This document shows, piece by piece, positions 58,603-64,000 of a stretch of DNA of 64,000 nucleotides. Origin of the DNA: an uncultured bacterium (GTDB taxonomy: Bacteria > Zixibacteria > MSB-5A5 > UBA10806); the NCBI GenBank assembly GCA_965541585.1, contig CBEUCH010000001.1, positions 96,001 through 160,000 of the forward strand, given 5' to 3'. The position numbers were made by a program, and so were the translations under genes. The notes under the pieces are model-generated. The model worked only from the letters and a program-made list of their open reading frames with translations. It ran no database searches and was not told the DNA's origin. Numbering within the stretch: the first letter of the stretch is position 1; the number at the start of each line of letters is the position of its first letter.

Positions 58603-61518
58603 CTATTTCAATAACAATAGTTTGATGGTACGGGCATCCTGCGCGCTTTTCAGGCGAGCAAAATAGATCCCTGAAGGTAAGCGAGCTGCATCCCATGTTA
58701 CGCTGTACTCGCCGGCCGGTTTTTCTCCCTCGGCTATCATGGCTACCCTCTGTCCCAGAATGTTATATACGCAGACTTCAATGTGTCCGGGTTCAGATAG
58801 CCGATATGTGAATACAGTCTGTGAGTTGAACGGGTTGGGGTAATTTTGCAGCAGGGAGGTTTCTTCGGGGAGCGGGGCATCATCGTCATCGATATTCACC
58901 CTCACCTCGCCGAACTCCTCCAGTATGGTGTGAAGGATATCGTATGAAGCTGATTCTTCAACATAGTACAGTGGGAACTCGAGGGTTGCTGTATTGTAAG
59001 TCTCTGTACTGTGAATGATGCCGATAGGGTTGCCATGCAGCTCAGAGGTATCGGGATCTACCGATATATAGTCGTAGATCACCTCGTCATAGTCGTTCGG
59101 GATGAGAGTGCCGATTCCGAACAGGCGGCCGTCGTTATCGTCCGATGGGAATACAATTCTGTTGGCTCTAACTGTATCAACATTGAAATCGTCGAATAAA
59201 GGCGATGCCGATTCTCCACCTGTGAACTCTGTGTTATATATACCGGGGAACTCAATGCCGGCCAGGTTTAAATACTGGGCTGGGAATTGTAATGTATCAT
59301 AATAGAGGATACCTTCGAAGCCGTTGCTCGGCACAATCTGCCTTGTTCCGGCTAAAATGACGTTGCCACCGGCATCGAGGTAGTCAGGAATGATTCCCGA
59401 ATTATCGGTCGGGTCGAAGAAACGATGGCCTAATAAATGTTCTTTGGCAAATATTATGGTGGAAAACGATGCCAGTTCGGGGAGAATCTCAGGTTCTTCG
59501 AATATCATCAGGTATTGATAGTCTTGGAGAATGTTTTCATAAAAGACAATCATAGAATCATAGTCGGGATTCTCGAAATCCCTGTTGGAGTTTATGAGCA
59601 ATATCCCGGAATCAAGGCCCATCGGTATTGCTGACGCCACGTCGGAGAAAAATGAGACGTTGTCGTATATGTCGACAGCGGTAATCATATAGCTGTATTC
59701 GCGACCGTTCATAACATCAGTATCGAGATAGAAATTCGTTTCGCTGGTATCGATAATGACAAATTCGCCATCAGGAGGTTGCCGGTATATTATATAGCCG
59801 TCGATGTCCGTATCCGGGTTCGGGTCCCAGGTAAGTTCTATCTCCGTATTTCCGGGGGATGCCGTTAGGCCGGTAGGCGTCTGCGGCTGCCCGGTGTTTA
59901 TGGAAATCTCCGGCGAGTAATCTCCCTGAAGGTCGATAGTGTTGGCGGAGGCGATTACATAGTAGTATATAGTGTTGTTCTCAACGTTTGAATCGACGAA
60001 TACGCTATCCAGGAAGTTATCGGGAGTGATCTTCTCCGGTTCATAAACTCCTGGTTCGGTCCCGCGGTAGATCCGGTATTCAAACAGATTCGGCGGCGTT
60101 ACCGGATCCCATCTGAGTCCAACGTGATCCGGGTCCCAATCGGTCATCCTGAAGTTGCGGGGTGGTCCGGGGGGGATATTTATAAATCCACTCTCGTAGA
60201 AGATAATGGCGGAGTCGGCCATTTCAAGAAAATCTGAAAAGTCGAGGTTTGCATAATACTGTGCTATAGAAAGGGAATCATCGGTGTTGTTGCGGAGATT
60301 CTGAGCGTAATTGTTCGGGTCGACATGCAGATTTTCGCCGCCGAAATAGGCGACGGTCAAGGTCTCCGCCGCACCCGCGGGAATATCCAGCGGCCCGAAT
60401 GATATCAAGTAACGGGTGTCGTAACCGTTGGCCAGATCGGCTGCCTGCGGCGGTCCGGGAATCCAGCCCTCGTCGGTGTGATCGAGGTTGGCCCAGATCT
60501 GCCCGTAATCGTGCTCTCCGTTGGACATCACGAAATATTTGGTCCAATCAGGTCCGGGAGTACCGTAGCCACCGGGTGGGAAAGGCCCGTTAAAATTCTC
60601 CAGTAGCTGCGGGCCCCAATCGAGTTCGGCATTAGTATTGGAAATCCACCAGTTGAAATTCGTCTGAACCCCCGGTTCCGAGGCGTCAATCAGGATCATG
60701 CCCATAACGTTCCGTGGACTGCGATAATCGTATACGCCGTCGTAGGGTTGGCCGTCATTGTCGGCTATCCAGGCGATTCCGTAATCCCCATGCTGAATGT
60801 AGCCGCAGAGATCGTCCTGTGCGCCCTGTTCGGGCCCATAAGGGTTTTCCGACTCATGCCGGACATCGCCATCATAATAGATACCGATCCAGGCGTTATG
60901 CAAATACCTCTGGCCGATATTTTCAAGATAGTAGTTTAAAAAGAACAGTTGATTGTAATCGGTCGAGCTCCAGCAGAAGCTGTTGCGAGTAATCTTCAGG
61001 CCCAGGGGAATATGCTGGCGCCCATCATAAGGGTCGTTAGGAACGTATGCCGGATCGGTCGACGTGTCTGAGAAAACGGCGAAGAATTCCTCATCGCCTA
61101 AAATTTCCTCTTCCCAGAGCGACTCTTCGCCCACAGGCGGCGGCCACAGTTCACTATCAATAGACATCCAGCCGTCGGCGCCGGCCGATACAAGCGTATC
61201 CAGAATGGGGTTGCCGTATTGATCTGTCGTGTCTATCTCGGCACCGATCCAGAGAGCTCCCAGAAACAGATAGTCCAGACCGGACCCGCCGGGGAATTTT
61301 GCGCCGGGGGCAAGCTCCCCTGTTTCGGGATCCGGAAGGTCATTGGCATTGCCAAGATGGCCAAAATTGGTGATAGTAAAATGGATGTTTGATGCGCGAT
61401 GAACTTTCAACTGGCTGTCCGGCATCTCCGTTGTAATGTGATGGCCATCATTGATATTCGCTCCATAGGCGGAAGATACCCATAGCAAAAACGGCAAAAT
61501 TGCAATAAATCTAAACAT
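58603..61518 (-). CDS. Secreted acidic protein with two fibronectin-III domains and T9SS-type-A-like C-terminal domain
   Basis: Signal peptide; FN3 motifs 'YRIYRG...YYYVI'; 'LLQNYPNPFN...YNILGQ...SGIYFARL...KLLLLK'. Confidence 0.88.
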   Translation of the reverse strand: MFRFIAILPFLLWVSSAYGANINDGHHITTEMPDSQLKVHRASNIHFTITNFGHLGNANDLPDPETGELAPGAKFPGGSGLDYLFLGALWIGAEIDTTDQYGNPILDTLVSAGADGWMSIDSELWPPPVGEESLWEEEILGDEEFFAVFSDTSTDPAYVPNDPYDGRQHIPLGLKITRNSFCWSSTDYNQLFFLNYYLENIGQRYLHNAWIGIYYDGDVRHESENPYGPEQGAQDDLCGYIQHGDYGIAWIADNDGQPYDGVYDYRSPRNVMGMILIDASEPGVQTNFNWWISNTNAELDWGPQLLENFNGPFPPGGYGTPGPDWTKYFVMSNGEHDYGQIWANLDHTDEGWIPGPPQAADLANGYDTRYLISFGPLDIPAGAAETLTVAYFGGENLHVDPNNYAQNLRNNTDDSLSIAQYYANLDFSDFLEMADSAIIFYESGFINIPPGPPRNFRMTDWDPDHVGLRWDPVTPPNLFEYRIYRGTEPGVYEPEKITPDNFLDSVFVDSNVENNTIYYYVIASANTIDLQGDYSPEISINTGQPQTPTGLTASPGNTEIELTWDPNPDTDIDGYIIYRQPPDGEFVIIDTSETNFYLDTDVMNGREYSYMITAVDIYDNVSFFSDVASAIPMGLDSGILLINSNRDFENPDYDSMIVFYENILQDYQYLMIFEEPEILPELASFSTIIFAKEHLLGHRFFDPTDNSGIIPDYLDAGGNVILAGTRQIVPSNGFEGILYYDTLQFPAQYLNLAGIEFPGIYNTEFTGGESASPLFDDFNVDTVRANRIVFPSDDNDGRLFGIGTLIPNDYDEVIYDYISVDPDTSELHGNPIGIIHSTETYNTATLEFPLYYVEESASYDILHTILEEFGEVRVNIDDDDAPLPEETSLLQNYPNPFNSQTVFTYRLSEPGHIEVCVYNILGQRVAMIAEGEKPAGEYSVTWDAARLPSGIYFARLKSAQDARTIKLLLLK

Positions 61519-61646
61519 CGTATGCGCCTCCAGCTAAGGTGAAAACTGGCCTTGTTTATCTACGTCTACAAATATCATAACATTTTTGTTCCCTTTGTCA
61601 ACATTTTTTGCCTTGCGACCGGGAACGAAATGGCCGTCCTCGGAGC

Positions 61647-61694
61647 GCGGCCTTGCCGCATCTGATTATCCGGGAAAAGCATTAGCGGTATTGA
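61647..61694 (+). pseudogene. Decayed copy of the last 16 codons of the DMT gene
   Basis: Gap-free alignment with 58511-58558: AALPHLIIREKH*RY* versus EVLPVLIAPKKSQRY*. Confidence 0.6.
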
Positions 61695-61738
61695 TATTCA
61701 TTAGCTTCTTCGGCTTATTACAGATCTAATCGTAACAC

Positions 61739-64000
61739 CTATTTCAATAGCAATAGTTTGACGGTACACGCATCCTGCCCGCTTTTCAGGCGGGCAAAAT
61801 AGATCCCCGAAGGTAATCGGGTTGCATCCCATGTTACGCTGTACTCGCCGGCCGGTTTTTCTCCCTCGGCAATCGTAGCCACCCTCTGGCCCAGGATGTT
61901 ATATACGCAGACTTCAATGTATCCGGGTTCAGCCAGCCGATATGCGAATACAGTCTGTGAGTTGAACGGGTTGGGGTAATTTTGCAGCAGTGAGGTTTCT
62001 TCCGGGAGCGGGACATCATCATCATCGATATTCACCCTCACTTCGCCGAACTCCTCCAGTATGGTGTGAAGGATATCGTATGAAACCGATTCCTCGACAT
62101 AGTATAAGGGGAACTCGAGGGTCGCTGTATTGTACGTATCTGTACGGTGAATGATTCCGATGGGGTTGCCATGTAGCTCAGAGGTATCGGGATCTACCGA
62201 TACATAGTCGTAGATCACCTCGTCATAGTCGTTGGGGATGAGAGTGCCGATTCCGAACAGGCGGCCATCGTTGTCGCCCGACGGGAAGACGATCCTGTTA
62301 GCCCTGGAAGTATCTACAGAAAAATCGTCGAATAAAGGCGATGCCGATTCTCCGCCTGTAAACTCTGTGTTATACATATCGGGGAACACAATGCCGATCA
62401 AGTTTAAGTATTGGTTCGGGAATTGCAGTGAATCATAAATGATGGCACCATTGAAGCTAGGGATAGGGACTATCTGTCTTGTTCCGGCTAAGATGACGTT
62501 GCCGCCGGCATCGAGGTAGTCAGAAATGAGACCGGAATTATCGGTTGGGTCGAAGAAACGATGGCCCAAAAGATGTTCTTTGGCAAATATTATCGTGGAA
62601 AACGATGCCAGTTGGGGGAGAATCTCAGGTTCTTCGAATATCATCAGGTATTGATAGTCTTCGAGGATGTCTTCATAAAAGACAATCATAGAATCATAGT
62701 CGGGATTCTCGAAATCCCTGCTGGAGTTTATCAGCAATATTCCTGAATCAAGGGGCATCGGGATCGCGGATACCACGTCGGAGTAAAACGAGACGTTTCC
62801 GTAGATATCGACTGCGGTGATCATATAGCTGTATTCGAAACCGATCATGACGTCAGTATCCAGATAGGCATTCGTTTGGCTGCTATCGATGATCGCAAAT
62901 TCTCCATTGGGAAGTTGCCTGTATATTATATAGCCAATGAGATCCGTATCCGGACTGGGATCCCACGTAAGCTCTATCTCCATGTTTTCCCCGGTTGCGG
63001 TGAGTCCGGCGGGAGTCTGCGGCTGCCCGGAATTTATATAAACTTCAGGGGAATAACCTCCTTGAAGACCATAGGTGCTCGCCGATGCAATTACATAATA
63101 GTATATGGTGTTATTGATTACGTCAGTATCAACAAATACCGAGTCTATGAGGTTATCGGGAGTGATTTTGTCGGGCTCATAAACGCCGGGTTCGGTTCCG
63201 CGGTAAATTCTGTATTCTAAAAGATTGGGGCGATCCACGAGATCCCATCTCAGCATAACGTGATCTTCCCCCCATCCAGCGATATGAAGATTCGTCGGGG
63301 GGCCCGGGGGGACATTAGTAAAACCGTTTTCATAAAAGCTGACTGCAGAATCGGCCCTGGCCAGGAAATCGGAAAAATCAAGATTATTGTAATACTGAGA
63401 GATTGAGAGAGAATCATCGGTATTGTAGCGGAGATACTGTTCGTAATTATTCGGATCGACATGCAGGTTATTGCCGCCGATATAGGCCACGGTCAAGGTC
63501 TCCACGGCGCCGGCGGGAATATCCATCGGCCCGAACGAAATCAAGTAACGGGTATCAATGCCGTTGGCGAGATTATCCCCCCGCGGCGATCCGGAGATCC
63601 AGCCCTCATCTGTATGATCGAGGGCGGCCCAGATCTGGTCATAGTCATGCTCGCCGTTGGACATGACCTGGTATTTGGCCTTATCGCCTCCGGGCGTTCC
63701 ACGACCACCCCCCGGGAAATCTCCCCAGATATCATAATTGCTCTGCCATTGGGGACCCCAGTCGAGTTCAGAATTAGTATTGGAAATCCACCAGTTGAAA
63801 TCGGTCTGTAGATCAGGCTGGGACGCATCAACCAGAACCATGCCCATGACGTTTCTGGGACTGCGGTAATCGTATTCGCCGTCGTAGGGTTGACCATTGT
63901 TGTCGGCTATCCAGGCGATTCCGTAATCCCCATGTTGAATATAGCCACAGAGATCGTCCTGAGCGCCCTCTTCGGGGCCATACGGATGCTCCGATTCATG
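61739..64000 (-). CDS. Tandem paralog of the 58603-61518 protein (5' partial)
   Basis: Long near-identical protein stretches; the frame is open to the window edge (HESEHPYGPEEGAQDD...). Confidence 0.9.
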   Translation of the reverse strand, partial: HESEHPYGPEEGAQDDLCGYIQHGDYGIAWIADNNGQPYDGEYDYRSPRNVMGMVLVDASQPDLQTDFNWWISNTNSELDWGPQWQSNYDIWGDFPGGGRGTPGGDKAKYQVMSNGEHDYDQIWAALDHTDEGWISGSPRGDNLANGIDTRYLISFGPMDIPAGAVETLTVAYIGGNNLHVDPNNYEQYLRYNTDDSLSISQYYNNLDFSDFLARADSAVSFYENGFTNVPPGPPTNLHIAGWGEDHVMLRWDLVDRPNLLEYRIYRGTEPGVYEPDKITPDNLIDSVFVDTDVINNTIYYYVIASASTYGLQGGYSPEVYINSGQPQTPAGLTATGENMEIELTWDPSPDTDLIGYIIYRQLPNGEFAIIDSSQTNAYLDTDVMIGFEYSYMITAVDIYGNVSFYSDVVSAIPMPLDSGILLINSSRDFENPDYDSMIVFYEDILEDYQYLMIFEEPEILPQLASFSTIIFAKEHLLGHRFFDPTDNSGLISDYLDAGGNVILAGTRQIVPIPSFNGAIIYDSLQFPNQYLNLIGIVFPDMYNTEFTGGESASPLFDDFSVDTSRANRIVFPSGDNDGRLFGIGTLIPNDYDEVIYDYVSVDPDTSELHGNPIGIIHRTDTYNTATLEFPLYYVEESVSYDILHTILEEFGEVRVNIDDDDVPLPEETSLLQNYPNPFNSQTVFAYRLAEPGYIEVCVYNILGQRVATIAEGEKPAGEYSVTWDATRLPSGIYFARLKSGQDACTVKLLLLK

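Overview
Gene-dense bacterial chromosomal window of roughly 50% GC from a diderm (bamA-skp-lpxD present). Secreted proteins with T9SS-type-A/FlgD-like C-terminal domains sit at both ends, which suggests an FCB-superphylum organism (Zixibacteria-like; inference). Housekeeping blocks: thiolase/hbd/crt, leuC-leuD-leuB-like genes, yajC-def-fmt-rng, rplU-bamA-skp-lpxD-trxA and dsbD. Most notable accessory content: (1) a MerR-led heavy-metal operon with no merA/merB in the window, followed by CC-motif envelope proteins; (2) an FmdB zinc-ribbon gene whose UGA is followed by a bacterial SECIS-like hairpin (probable selenoprotein); (3) a cNMP-binding histidine kinase + DUF3307-like protein + tandem-cyclase STAND/TPR module; (4) an AT-rich solo DNA methyltransferase with a putative nuclease-like C-terminus; (5) apparent pseudo-enzymes, namely a LepB homolog lacking its catalytic residues, a RomR-like pseudo-receiver and a degenerate DUF2064 transferase; (6) a decayed ECF sigma remnant before an anti-sigma gene; (7) nested REP-like palindromes; (8) a 3136-bp-period tandem duplication with a visible breakpoint. 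No rRNA, tRNA, CRISPR array or transposase was recognised. All family calls come from motif recognition by eye, not database searches.
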